Assembly (NCBI RefSeq): GCF_009914755.1
Contig: NC_060928.1
From: the human T2T-CHM13v2.0 reference genome, Homo sapiens
Strand: one strand, 5' to 3'
Length of the DNA stretch: 64,000 nucleotides
Shown here: one piece after another, positions 42,166 through 57,790 of the stretch
How the letters are laid out: each line of letters begins with the position of its first letter
Position numbering within the stretch: position 1 is the stretch's first letter
Position numbers and translations under genes: made by a program
The notes under the pieces: generated by a model
What the model was told of the DNA's origin: nothing
Seen by the model: the letters and a program-made list of their open reading frames with translations, nothing else
The model's database searches: none

Positions 42166-43214
42166 AACTTTCTTTTCGATGAGACATCCCCCACCCCGTT
42201 ATAACAAAGTTAATTAGGCATTTACATAAGTCATCTAGAGAATGTTCACTTTGTGTAGGTCCACTAGGTCCCAGTGAATGCATCACCATTCCAAGACTTC
42301 CCCTCACCCCACCAACTTCAGTCAAAGCAGTTTGAATTGGCACTCACTCAGTAATATTTGCCCTTCCTCCATGCAATCCACATCTTTCTATTGTGCCAGA
42401 TCATTTTGATACCTAGTTGAAGGCTGCAAGATGGGGCATTTTGGACTCATTTTTATTCTTTTTCATGCTTCTCCAACGTCCTGAAGCTCACTGATGTTCA
42501 TACAATCAGTGGCTGGTATGTGAGTCAGCTCCTGTCCCTTCAGCAGTTTAGTGAACTCTGCAGCTGGCGAGATCCTGGAACTACTATTCTCAAATGATGA
42601 ATCCCTTCTTAGTTCAAGGAGATACTACAAAGGCTTTCCCCAGTGAGTGCTATAGGAAGGTATTGCCTTTGGAACTTTTCTCTCGCTGGGGGCTTCTGCT
42701 ATATTCCAAGTGTGTGAGATGGTTGTCTGGTTTTCTTGTGTACCCCTTTGAAACACACAGTAACCTTGGTCTCAGATGCCGTGTCCTCGAACTTGGAAAA
42801 TCATTGGACCAAAAATGTCTACAATTTATTTTTCCCCTTAGATTTTCTTTTTTTTTTATTGATTTTCCATTTTTAGCACAAGATTGATCACCAGCAAAAT
42901 ACCAATTTACATACAGATTCTGCTAAACTCAGCATCCTATATACTTGGGACTTTTTCATCCATAAACCAATTTTTTAAAGAGAGAGAGTCTATTATCAGA
43001 AGCGCCCCTGATGACACTCAAGATGGTCTATAGGGAACAAGCTCAGGAGGGTCACAGTCTGGTGGGGTGAGCTCAGCTGATTTGTGAGCATAATAACTAT
43101 GGGGACAAGGTCACAGGCTGATACTCACAGGGACAGGTTAATATTTTGCTTACTTCTGTGGCCACAAGCCTAAACTGCAAACCTTGGTCAGCTATCTTAC
43201 AAGTTCATTAAATA

Positions 43215-43700
43215 ACATTCAACAAATACTTTCTGAGTTCCTACTATGTTGAGTTCCTGCTATGCCAGGCACTGTTTAAGTACTAGGACTAGTCGGAAAG
43301 ACAAGAAGGACATAAACTTTATCCACATGATGTCTATAGTATAGTGGGGAAGCAGATATCAAATGATTATGCAAAAATTATTTAATCACCAAGATGATAA
43401 ATGCTGTGAAAGAAAAAAAAGGTTTTCTTTGAGAGATCTAATAGGGAATCTAAGTGAAGGGTCATTGAAAGCAAGGCCTGAAGGATGTATAAAAGTTAGG
43501 TAGCCAAGATAGGCTGAGAAGGAGTAGCACAGGGGCAGAGAGAACAGGTGAAAACAAAAGAACTTGAATGAAGATTAGTGTGACCAGAAAATAGAGAGGA
43601 GGGAAGAGAGTGACAAGAGATCAGACTGGAGGGAGGAGCAGAGCCTTAGTCATGTGTTAAGGAAGTTAGAATTTATCACACAAGTGCTGGGAACCTTTGA
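43215..43700 (-). mobile_element. L2 fragment
   Basis: cattcaacaaatactttctgag, tatgccaggcactg L2 3'-end motif. Confidence 0.65.
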
Positions 43701-43702
43701 AG

Positions 43703-44095
43703 TGTGTATTAGGATTAAAGCTAAGCTTCAGTAACAAAGACACCCAAATATACAGTGGCTTGACTAAGAAAGAATTTGATTTCTCCTTCACAAGACAGGT
43801 TGCCAGGGCAGCCCTGCTACCCAAGGCCACTCTGAGCCCTAGATTCCTTACAAACTGTGATTCTCTCTTCACCTCGGATACTGCCCTCAGATGCAGGTTT
43901 GAAGCTGGGTTGCAGCTCAAGTGTGTTTTAGCATGTGGGAAGGGAAGAGGTCCAGGCAATATCCTTCTAAGCAAGTGACACGAAAGTAGCATATGTCACT
44001 TCCACTCATATTCCATTAGTGAGAACAGACATATGGCTACACACCACTGCAAAGGAAGCAGGGAAATGTATTCTCTAGCTGGGTAGCCATTTGCC
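43703..44095 (-). mobile_element. Old MLT1 (J-like) LTR
   Basis: tgtattagg, tacagtggctt, tcacttccactcatattccatt, gggaaatgta. Confidence 0.6.
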
Positions 44096-44257
44096 AAGAA
44101 AGAGTAGCACCACTCTGACCCAAAAGATCTTAAGCCATAAAGTGATGAGATCAGATATTCAAGTCTTTATAGCTGAAAAAAAAAAAAAAGGATCTTGGAA
44201 GTCACTTAATCCAAACTCTTCATCTTACACATGTGAAAACCAAATGAGGTCCATGAC

Positions 44258-47130
<2,873 letters not shown>

Positions 47131-49989
47131 TCCAGGAAGGTCATTACTGACGAAGCAGAACTGAAACTCAGTTGTGTTTATGGCCAGACCCCTGTTCTTT
47201 CACTATACCATGCTGATGAGTCAATAGCATCATTTGCATGAATGAAAGATCTTACGTTATTAAAAAGAAAAGTTGAAACGTAAGGCAAGATGCCAAATTC
47301 AGTCTCAATTGAACATTCTCTGTATTACAAATGCAGCATAAATATATGTTTTCCATAGCTCTTGCAGAGCAAACAGCTGCGTTTATTTGCATCCAAAAAC
47401 ATGGAAAAATTCCAAACTATAAGCAAAGAACTCAAGAACACGACTCAAACTTCTGTAAATGTAAATCTTCATAAAAATAGTTGTAACGTTGATTAAAGCA
47501 GGTGCTGAAACCTTCTCCTAGCCTGAAGTATTCCACTTACAAACAACCCCCTTCCCGTATAATGATGTAGTTTTCTAGGAACTACTTGTATATTTGGCTA
47601 AGCAGTCAAATGCCTATTAAACTTCCTTATATTAACTTGATCTACCACCTCCTCCTCCATCTCCAACATACACCAACTCTGGTTCTCTCTACACTCATGC
47701 ACACACACACACATACATTCTTTCCTGTATCACCCTGGAGTCCTTTAAGAGTTCCTTAGATCTTTACAGGGGATATATATATGCTTGGCTTGAAAAAAAA
47801 CTCAGCGTACCTATACCTGTGCACATCCATGAAATCTAAGTGAATTTCTTCCTTTTGCCCCATGAATAGAGTCTAGAAGAAGGATAGAACCAAAAAAACC
47901 TCTATAAAATGGCTCACCCCTTTTCCTCCCTCTATCACATTCTATGTCTGGTCTGGGAATCTGAAAATGTCAGGCAATACATTGTTCGCTGTGATTGAGC
48001 ATTAGCAAGAGAGTTCTTTGAAAGGATTCTATTACATCTTTATGTCTTTGCATATAAACTTGGACTTCCCTAAAAACTCAGTTCAAATTTGATTTGCAGT
48101 GAAAATTCTTGAAATTGTGGTAAGGATTTTAAGAGATAAAGAAGGAAAACACTATTCAGGGATTACTGTGTGCAAAGCAACATGCTCGGTATTTTTCTAG
48201 AGACACGTACATTGGACTGTGATAGCATAAAAGAGGTTAAGATTAATACTATGTGTTGATGATGCAGGTGCCCAGGAAGGAGAAGATGGCGAAGGGGAGG
48301 AGAGGGTAGGGCATTGTGAGGGAAAGTGGGCACAAGCTTTTCCTGAAGGATGCCTAGGAATTCCAACAGAATGGATGGTATGCATAAAAGTCGAAGGCTT
48401 AACATGGACCACCAGTATTTTTCATTTTCTTCATGAAATCACTGACTCCTTCTCATTGTCAATATATGAATCTAACCATGACTGGGTGATCCAAGAATCC
48501 CCTCTCAGCTCCTACTACTCTTGTTCTTGCTTTCTTTGCTCCAATCACACTCACCTGGCCCTTTCCCACCTCAGGGATCCCCTGCTTGGAATGCTCTTCC
48601 AGAACTGTGAAAGATAAATTTCTGTTGTTTTCAGCCACTGAGTTCATGGTAATTTGTTACAGCAACCCTAGGAAACTGACACAGGTGCTGTCATGGTCTT
48701 CACAGGGCAGAGGTGTCTTCCTGTCACTCCCTAATGTGTCCAAAAGCTGAAATGAGTCCAGAAGGTCAGGAAGGCAAAGAACAAGAGGAATGGGGTGAAC
48801 TTCATGTGACAGGCGGGGCAGCACACTTCCCCTTTTCAGGTGACATTTATGGTCAACTGAAATGATCTTGCATTATTGCTAAACTTCATCTGCCAGGTTG
48901 CTACAGTGTCATGCATTGAGCTATGTGTCCGCCTAATTTAAACAAAGAATCAGTGCCCTTTTTGCAGAGAGCTTTTATCCACTGGTTCTTTTATGAAAGG
49001 CCAAGGTATGGAAATCTAGCCTCTACACCAGGGTTTTGCCATCCCATGGTCTGGTGAAGATGCTTGGTCCCATTCCAAGCTGGCCTAAATGTGCTGGTTT
49101 ATGACTTCTGTGTTTCCTAAACTGATTGCCAAGCAGCCCTGCTCTGCTGATTCTCAAAAACAGCCCGTCGTCTGCAGCACTTTTTCTCATGTGGGCTCCC
49201 AGGGAGTGGGAATCGGCTCTCAGCGGCTCATGAATCATGGTCTCCAGGATTCTTCTCAGAGGCAGAAAGATTTCTGGGTAGATGAGAAAATTTTACAAAA
49301 TCTCTTCTCCCTCCTAATCCTTAGCGCCACCACCGCTATCATTTCCATAATCATCTTTATAATTATTTGAAGTGGAAAGGGGGCAGGGTACCTGCTTAAT
49401 GAAAAGTAGATGGGAAAAAATAGAAACTGTGGAGATAGGTGATTGAATAGCCTCTCTCAGAAATGCACATCATGTGTGATTATGGAGAGTTTGAAAGATC
49501 AGACCTCAACACCCTTTTCCAACGTAAACTCTGTCTCTCCTCTTCTTACACCCTTCACCGCAGTCCAAGTGAATCTCTGACTTTCTGTCCTAAAGACCTC
49601 CTGATTTCCTCCCTCTGTGCCTCTGCTTATGTTTTGCCTAGAACACCCACTCACATCGCAGAATCTTCCAGCTAGCCCTGCTTCTGAACTCCTGAAAAGT
49701 CTTATCTGAGCCTCTTTGGGAGCTCTTGTCATTTTCTGCTTTATATTTTATTGCTTATATAATATTTTTTCCCTACCTGATTATGAACTTTAGACCGTCT
49801 CTCTGACTCTCTGCCTCTCCCCCCATCAACCAACAAGCATGCACTTTGAATGCAGGTGCTCAACAAATGTCTATGGAAAGAACAAGAAACTAGAAGTTTA
49901 CTATCATTCTTTTAATAGACAAGAATGTGTTGACAAGAAAAGTGTTTATCAAAGCCTGCTATGATTCTCCAAACACTTTTACACCTTTC

Positions 49990-50400
49990 CTCTTTTTCCT
50001 GGACATACAGACAAATGACATTTACTTGCCTGTTTTTCAGCTGGAGGAGACCCTGTAACTGGGTGAGTGGAAAGTGAACAGAAATGATGTGTGCCACTTT
50101 TAAACCTGCATTAAATCTCCATGCATGACCTTCCATTTCCTTTCCCCTCTGCCAGCTTGGTACAGGTAAGCATGGTGACCTTGGAAACCACAGCTAGGAG
50201 CTGGCAGAGCCAGGAGACTGAAAGAGCTTGCATCCCTGAGTCATCACATGGAGGGAAGCCACCTACCATTCAGAAGCACCATTTTGGGATTCTGTGTAAG
50301 AAATAAATGTGTCCCATGTTTCAGCCATTGCACAATTTTGGGTTTATGTGATTACATAAACAGAATGATTACAGCAGCTAGGATTACCTTAACCAGTGTA
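49990..50400 (+). mobile_element. Old MLT1 (J/K-like) LTR
   Basis: gaaatgatgtgtgccactt, agaaataaa, acagcagcta motifs. Confidence 0.55.
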
Positions 50401-51096
50401 ATAAATAGGCTTTACTATTGCTGAAAAAGTACAAAAACTACGATTCTTGGTTTTCTTAGGCAAATGATTTTTTTCTACTTTGGGCACAAATATGTCCACT
50501 TTAAAATTTTAAGTTTTGTTGTAGGGTATTTAAAGACCACTCCCATTTCCAGAAATGTTCTCACTCAGCCACTCCCCAACTCCCTGCCCCCTCAATGAGG
50601 GGAAGCAGAAAAGGTTTTGGTTGTTCTTCCTAGAAGTTGTCATACTGAGATATTATTCCAGTTTCAACAGCAAACAAGAGGGTTCCTGCTACTCTAGACA
50701 GGGAGAGTTTATAGAGATAAGTTAGAAATCATGATAAAAAATTTCTGTTTTAGAGATCATAAAATTTAACTTTTTTTGATACTAACTTATAAAACAAACT
50801 TCTGGTGTTCTGAGCTAGAGAAGGGAGGGACCCTCTGGCACAAACTCATACCTAAAATTATAGAAGGCTCTTGCTCTTCAAAGGATTCTCACTGGTACTA
50901 CCTGCTTGGTGTAATTATTCCAGGTAACACATACTTAATGGTTTCCTCTTGCCTCGTGGAATAAAGTCTAAACTCTTTTGTCTGGAATTTAAAGCCTACA
51001 GTGATGTAACCCTAGCTTTTCTTTCTAATCAAATATGTGTTCAATATGCTGTACTTTGTCCCATTTCTATTTTTTTAGGCTGTTCCACCATGATCA

Positions 51097-51262
51097 TCAT
51101 ATATATGTATATGTGTGTATATATATATATGTATATGTATACATACATAATGTATTATAAAATATTTGTATATATTGTATAATATGCATATGTATCTGTG
51201 TATGTATATGTGTATTTATATATGTTTATTTATTTTAAAATATATATATATATATATATATC
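51097..51262. repeat. AT-rich (TA)n/(TATG)n low-complexity tract
   Basis: Read directly. Confidence 0.9.
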
Positions 51263-51754
51263 TCAGTACAGGCAAGGCTATGCCACAGAGCAAAATTAAG
51301 CCTAAACTCCCAGTGCCTTAGCACATGATAGGTTTATATTTTGCTCCTACTACATATCCATTGTGAGGTGTGTGTGTTTGGGTGGGGGGATGTGTCTCTG
51401 CTCTACACCACCACTCAGGTACCCAGGCTGATGGGCTTTCTAACATCTTTAGCTGCAACACCTGGGGTTAGTGACCTTCTCATTCACTGCAGCAGAAGAG
51501 AAGAGAGGCCAAATGAGCCAGCACTTTTATACACATCGAATTGGCTAGAACTAGTCACATGACCCTAATTGCAAAAGCACTGGGGATCAAGCAGGTGGAG
51601 GTTATGCAGTGCATATTTTTATGAGCATTATTGTCTTTGCCACTTATGCATCTTCCAGAAAGCCTTCCTGGTTTCCTCTGGCTACAAACAATGTCTCCTG
51701 CCTCTGAATTCTGGCAGCACTGTAATATGTTCCTCCCTTATATTGTATGGAGAG

Positions 51755-51762
51755 TATGTATA

Positions 51763-51800
<38 letters not shown>
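51755..51800. repeat. (TA)n microsatellite
   Basis: Read directly. Confidence 0.95.
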
Positions 51801-51802
<2 letters not shown>

Positions 51803-53709
51803 TAATCCATATCCATGTCTATATAAAATAAAAATCACTTACTATGTCAGACACTCTTCTGTTTATATTTATTAACTCATTTAAATCCTCATAGTAACCC
51901 TATGAAGTAGCTACACTTTTTGTGTCCAACTTACAGGTGAGAAAACTGAGGCACAGAAAGGCTTACAGGTGAGAAAACCGAGACACAGAAAGTGTAAGTG
52001 TTCTAACAGGATTCTAGCACAGCCAGTTTAGTTCCACAGTGCTTGCTCTAAACTATTATATTATATTGTGGCTTCTATTTTTAACTTCCGTGTTAGCAAA
52101 GACTAAAATATAAAATTGATTTGTTTCTGTATTTGTCATAATGCCAAGTACAGTTTTAGGCACCTAACAGGTTTTCCAAAAGACACTGCATACAATTAGT
52201 ACCTTTTCTAATGAAAATCTTCAACAGATCTGATCTTTTAGTAATTTAAGTTTCAGCACTGCCAGATTGCTCCAGCTGTACCAGGAATCACTTTAGGAGA
52301 TGTGATTATTTCTCCTTTAAAAGCTAGAGGTCTTCACAGAAGATAGAATGGGGACTTTGGGAACACCTAGGGGACAGCAAGACAGAAGACAGGAGAAGTT
52401 AAGGTAAGACACTCAGGAAAGAGTCAAGCCACTTTATTTATATTGTGTTTGATTTTGTGCTTAAGAGACTGTTAAATTGAAGTAATTAAGTGTGGCTGCT
52501 AAGTCTATTTGGTCTTCTTTTGAGTCCTCAAACTCTGTAAATAAATCCAGATCCCCAGAGACGACTTTCCTTTTCTTTAAATGTGGATTCCTGGTAAGCT
52601 GTAATCCCCTCCCATTGGTCATGAGCCTTCTACAGACTAAATTTAGAAAAATTAAATTGCAACCCAGCACTGGCTTCCAAAGTGAAATGAATAGGGCAGA
52701 ATACCTGAAAACACCAGGGAAAACATTAGTCAGAGGGAAGTGTCAGGGACCTGGTGATCAATCTCACATGTCCACAATCAGAAAAGCAAAGGTCCTATTC
52801 ATTTAGAAAGAAAATGGAGCTGTGCGAACCAATTTAGAGCCATCAGAGCAATGATCTGGGAGAGGAGCCTTGTTCTAATTATGACTCTGTGTTCCAACCA
52901 GGCATGAAAGAAATCACAGCAAACCTATTTCAGAGAAAGGCATTCCCAATGTGGCAGTGTCTGATGTCTTATGCATGGTGAGGGCCAGTGAGTCAGGCAG
53001 GAAAAAAAACAGAAAATGATCTTCTTCTATGACTAACAAAGAGGGGGCTGTTCTTGTGTTGCCCTGATGGAAAAATTGGTGGGATCTCAGGAATTAATAA
53101 GGAACTATCAGCCCCTGCTTGCATGTGCTATCCTAAAAGTGAGGACTTGTATGTACTTAAATGGGAGGGGCTGGGTGGCACTAGAAATCTATCCTGGGAA
53201 GATAGGATACTAAGTGGTACTTTGTCATTAACCTACCCACAGGATTATTCAGTGAATGGTAATAACGCCCAAGTCATCTTAAAATGTACTGCAGATCTTG
53301 AACCAAAGTATTTTCTGGATTTAAAAAAACAAATGCCTGGTAAGTTTTTCTAGCAAACTGATAGAGAACTTTGATTTAAAAGGCAAAAGTAATTGGATGT
53401 TGAGATTAAAGAAAAAAATGTGTCTATGAAGATGAGTATAATTTTTTGTGGAAAGTTAAGGCTTATGTTAGGGTTCTTAGTATTTATTTTATTCAAGAAA
53501 TATTTATTAAGTCCTGAAATAGGCCAGGCATTGTTCCAAGCACTGGGAATACTGTGGTGAACAAGACAAAGTCCTTTTCCTCCTAGAGTTCATATTCTGG
53601 AGGGAGAGACAGATAATAAGCTGTAGACAAATAAATGAGTAATTGTGTAATTTCTTATTGAGATAATTGCTATGAAGAAAAATAAACAGAATGAAGAGTT
53701 AGAGAATAT

Positions 53710-54560
53710 TTCAGTTATCAATTGCCATGTAACAAACTATCCCAAAATGTAATGGCTTTGAACAATGACATTAATTTTTCAGGATTGTGGGTTAGAAATT
53801 TGGGGAGGGCTCAGCTGGATGGTTCTTCTGCTCCATGTGACACCAGTTGGAGTCAACCACTTGTTGGCATTCTGTTGCCAACGATGCTGAAAGGTCCAAT
53901 AAGTTATTCATATGTTTGATGCCTCAGGGCTCCTTCATGTGTATGCTGTCACCCTCCATGGTGTCATTCTCACCATTCAGTAGTCTAGCTTGATCTTCTT
54001 TGCAGCATGACAGCTGGCCTTTCCAAAGAAGACCAAAGTGGAATGTGCCAAGCCTCTTAAAGGCTAATCCTAGGACTGTGATATCATTTGGCTGTGTCCC
54101 CACCCAAACCTCATCTTGAATTGTAGCTCCTATAATTCCCACATGTTGTGGGAGAGACCCAGTGGGAGGTAATTGAACCATGGGGGTTGTTTCCCCCATA
54201 CTGTTCTCATGGTAGTGAATAAGTCTCATGAAATGTGATAGTTTTATAAAGGGTTTCCCCTTTTGCTTGGCTCTCCTTCTGTCTCTTGCCTGCTGCCATG
54301 TGAGATGCCTTTGCTCCTCCTTTGCTTTCCACCAGTGTTGTGAGGCCTCCCCAGCCATGTGGAACTGTAAGTTAATTAAATCTATTTTTCTTTACAAATT
54401 ACTCAGTCTTGGGTAGGTATTAGCAACATGAAAACAGAATACAGATTGGCCCACTGCTACCTCTTCTGCATTCTCTTGGTCAAAGCAGGCCACAAAACTG
54501 GCCCAGACTCAAGGGTGGAGATATGGACTCCACTTTCTAATGGCAGAATTAGTTATCTAT
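53710..54560 (-). mobile_element. MLT1 (H-like) LTR, split by THE1
   Basis: attgccatgtaacaaactatcccaaa, ttctcttggtcaaagca, gactccactt. Confidence 0.65.
54079..54443 (+). mobile_element. THE1-family solo LTR
   Basis: TGATATCATTTGGCTGTGTCCCC ... AATACA; TSD gactg/gattg. Confidence 0.92.
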
Positions 54561-55369
54561 TACAAAGAGTGACTGGGAGTAGTGGACCATGTTAGATATT
54601 GTAATCTCAGGAAATGACATTTGAACAGGCACCTGAATGAAGTGAGTGGTTGAGCCACAGCAAAGATGGTCTAGATGCACACTCTAGACAGAGGGAACCA
54701 TGAGGACAAAGGCCTTGAGATAGAAACACTTAGTGTCTTTGAGGATTAATAAGAAGGTCAAAGAGAACAAAGATATGGGATGTGGCTGAAGAAAGTTGAC
54801 TGAGAATACGATAAGTAAACAGTTGATGGAGACAGAGAGGTAGTCAGATTATCATGAGACTTGAAGGTCATGATCAGATCTTTATATTTTATTACAAATG
54901 TGATGAGAACCTCTCATAGAAGAGTAACATGAAATGGCTTATATATCCGAAGGATCCCACTGGCTTCCATGTAGAAAATGGATTAGAGGAAAGAAGGAGG
55001 ATAGGTGGGATGAGGGAGACCAGATAGCAGGCTCCATCAATCATCCTGATGAGAGATGATGGTGGCTTAGACCAGAGAAGTAGCAACGGAGATGCAAGAA
55101 TTTATCAGATTCTGGAAGTATTTTTAAGTTAGACACAGCAATGCTTGCAGATAGATTGGATGTAGAAGTGAAAGAAAGCGCATAATTCAAACTTACTTCA
55201 ATATCTTAGGACTAGACAACCGTGTTAATCATGGTACCATTTTCTGGAATGGAAAAGACACAAGAAGAGCAAATTTGGGGTAAGGGGTAGTAAAAGTAAA
55301 GATTTATATTTTAAATAATTCAAGGGGACTATTAGAAATCAAAATAGAGATTTTAGTTCGGCAGTATAC

Positions 55370-55728
55370 TGCGATCTGAATGCTTGTGTCTCCCTTAAAT
55401 TTATGTTAAAACCTAACCCCCAATATGAAGGTATAAGGAGGTGAGGACTTTGGGACATTATTAGGTCATGACAGCAGAACCCTCATGAGTGGGATTCGTG
55501 CCCTTATAAAAGAGACCCCAGAAAGCTCCCTTGCCCCTTCCATCACGTGAGGACCGAGTGTGAAGGCACCATCTATGAACCAGAGAGCAAGCCCTTACCA
55601 GACACCAAATCTGCAGGGCATTGCCTGTGGATTTCCAGTCCCCAGAACTGTGAGAAATAAATTTCTGTTGCTTATAAATCACCCAGTAAATGGTATTTTG
55701 TTATAGCAGTCAGAAAAGACTAGACACA
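55370..55728 (+). mobile_element. MLT1A-like solo LTR
   Basis: tgaatgcttgtgtc, gagaaataaatttctgttg, gactagaca. Confidence 0.85.
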
Positions 55729-56344
55729 ATGAATATATGAGTCTAAAGTTTAGGGGAGAGGGAGAACCAAAGTTATATATTTGGGAGTCATCTATATATA
55801 GCTGGTATTTAAAACCATGAAACTGAACGGAACCTAGAACTCTCAATTTTTAGAGATCAGGCATAGGAGAGACCAGCAAAGAGACAAAAAAGAGGTGGTC
55901 AGTGAGTAAGCAGAAGTAACAAGAAAGAGAATGATGTCCAGGAGGCCATGGAAAGTGGATGTGTCAAGAAAGAGGCAATGCTCACCCAAGCTGCTGATAT
56001 TAGTCAACTCAGATGAGAAGTGCTCATTGGTTCCAGAAGTCTTGGGCAACCTTGACAAGAGCAAGTTCAGTGGAGTAGTAGGGAAAAAAGAACTGATGAG
56101 AAAGTAGAGGCAGCTAATATACACAACTCTTTCCAAGACTTTCGCTTAAAAAGGCAGGGGAGAAATTGGTCAGTAGGGTCAGTGGGGGGTATGAATAAGG
56201 GAGGTTTTCAGTTTTGCTTTTTGAGGTTTTCTTTTTAAGATGGGCAATATTGCCACATATTTTTATAATGATTGAAATATATCAATCATTATATTATATA
56301 TATATCATCAAATATATGTTCTAGGGAAAATCAGGATTTATTTT

Positions 56345-56652
56345 CTTTAAATATTTTAAATTTATTTTTTAAATGTGTAATTGACATAATTGTCCATGTT
56401 TATGGGATATAATGTAATGTTTCAATGCATGTATATATAGTATCATGATCAAATCAAGGTCGTTACCATATCTATCACTTTAAATATTTATAATTTCTTT
56501 GTGGTAACAACATTCAAAATCTCCTCTTTCCGCTTTCTTGAAATATATAGTACATTGTTATTTTCTATAGTTACTCTAGTATATAACAGGACACCAAAAT
56601 GTGTCCCTCCTGTCTATCTCTTTGTTCCCATTGATCAACCTCCACAGTCCCC
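56345..56652 (-). mobile_element. L1MA-like 3'-end fragment
   Basis: ttgacataattgt, gatcaaatcaaggt, cccattgatcaacctc. Confidence 0.75.
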
Positions 56653-57346
56653 CATTAGGGCAGTGGGGATGTTACCACTGGTGGAATGGGAGTTTTAGAG
56701 GCTCACTGGAAGAACCTGAGAGTGGGAAAGGTTGGCAGCTTGACTCACATTAGGAGATGCCCAGAGCTGCATGGGAATCGAATCAGCAAAGAATGGCCTG
56801 AGAGGCTGGCAAGCTTTTGTGGTGTTGGAGGTAGTGAGATCAGTCCCGAAGGTCTCTTAGGGGAGAGGTAAAATCAGTTTTAATTACAGACTCCTTTTTG
56901 GGCCTGGTTTCCGAGGTAATTTTTGGTGGTGCAGTGGGCCGTGCCCATGGCTGAAGAATGGTAAATCTCTTCAGGGGCACAAGTGGACCTCTTTTACATC
57001 CCATCATTGGTGGCGCCAAGGCAAAGGAGAAGAGAGTCCTACCAAGGCCAACAGAAGCAGACCTTGGCCTAAATTAAGCAAAGGTAAATTTATTAGAAGG
57101 TTATCAAGAAAACCACAGAATTGATAAAAATCTGGAGAACTTGGCTGGGAAAGAGACAGGAATAAATGGAACTCAGGAGGGGTGGAAGGAGGTACAGTGG
57201 TATTCCTTTTGTAGCATAAATAGTCTGATGAGCAAACTGTGGTCATGACGAATGTCTTCCAAGCATTTATTCATGAATTGAGGTGCTCACTCAAGACTCC
57301 AAGTCTTGGGAGAATAACCTATTGACCAAATTTAGATAAGCAGCTC

Positions 57347-57790
57347 TATTAGTCACGATAGACTAGGCTATGCTGCAATAGCATATTAAAAACCCACATT
57401 TCAGTGGCTTAACAAATAGGTTATGCTGCAGTGACATATTAAAAACCCATATCTCAAAGGCCTAGCTAAAAAAGATTTGGTTTTTGCTTAGTCTTTGTAG
57501 TTAAGCATGAGGCTCTGTGCCATGTGGTCACTCAGAGATTCAGGCTGTTAAAGATCGTACTGGTTGTATTGCCATAGTTGATGGCTTCAAAGCTTGCTGA
57601 GGAAGAGGAGGAGAAAAGCTGGAGCGTTACACCCTGTCCCTTTAATGCTCTGGCTTGTAAGTGATGTGCATCACTTCTATTCACACCTATTGGCCAGAGT
57701 TAGCCATGTGACTCCTCCTAACTGTAAGGGGTTCAGGGACATACAGAAAAGCACATGGAAGTCGGTGAGGAGTAAATGTCCCTGCTGTTC
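57347..57790 (-). mobile_element. Old MLT1 (L/K-like) LTR
   Basis: tattagtca, ctaggctatgctgca, attggccagagttagccatgtg. Confidence 0.6.

Larger units (their letters stand above)
53485..56170 (-). mobile_element. Long L2 remnant interrupted by several LTRs
   Basis: L2 3' end (ttattcaagaaatatttatt, ccaggcattgttc) and L2 body resuming at about 54600 and 55730. Confidence 0.7.
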
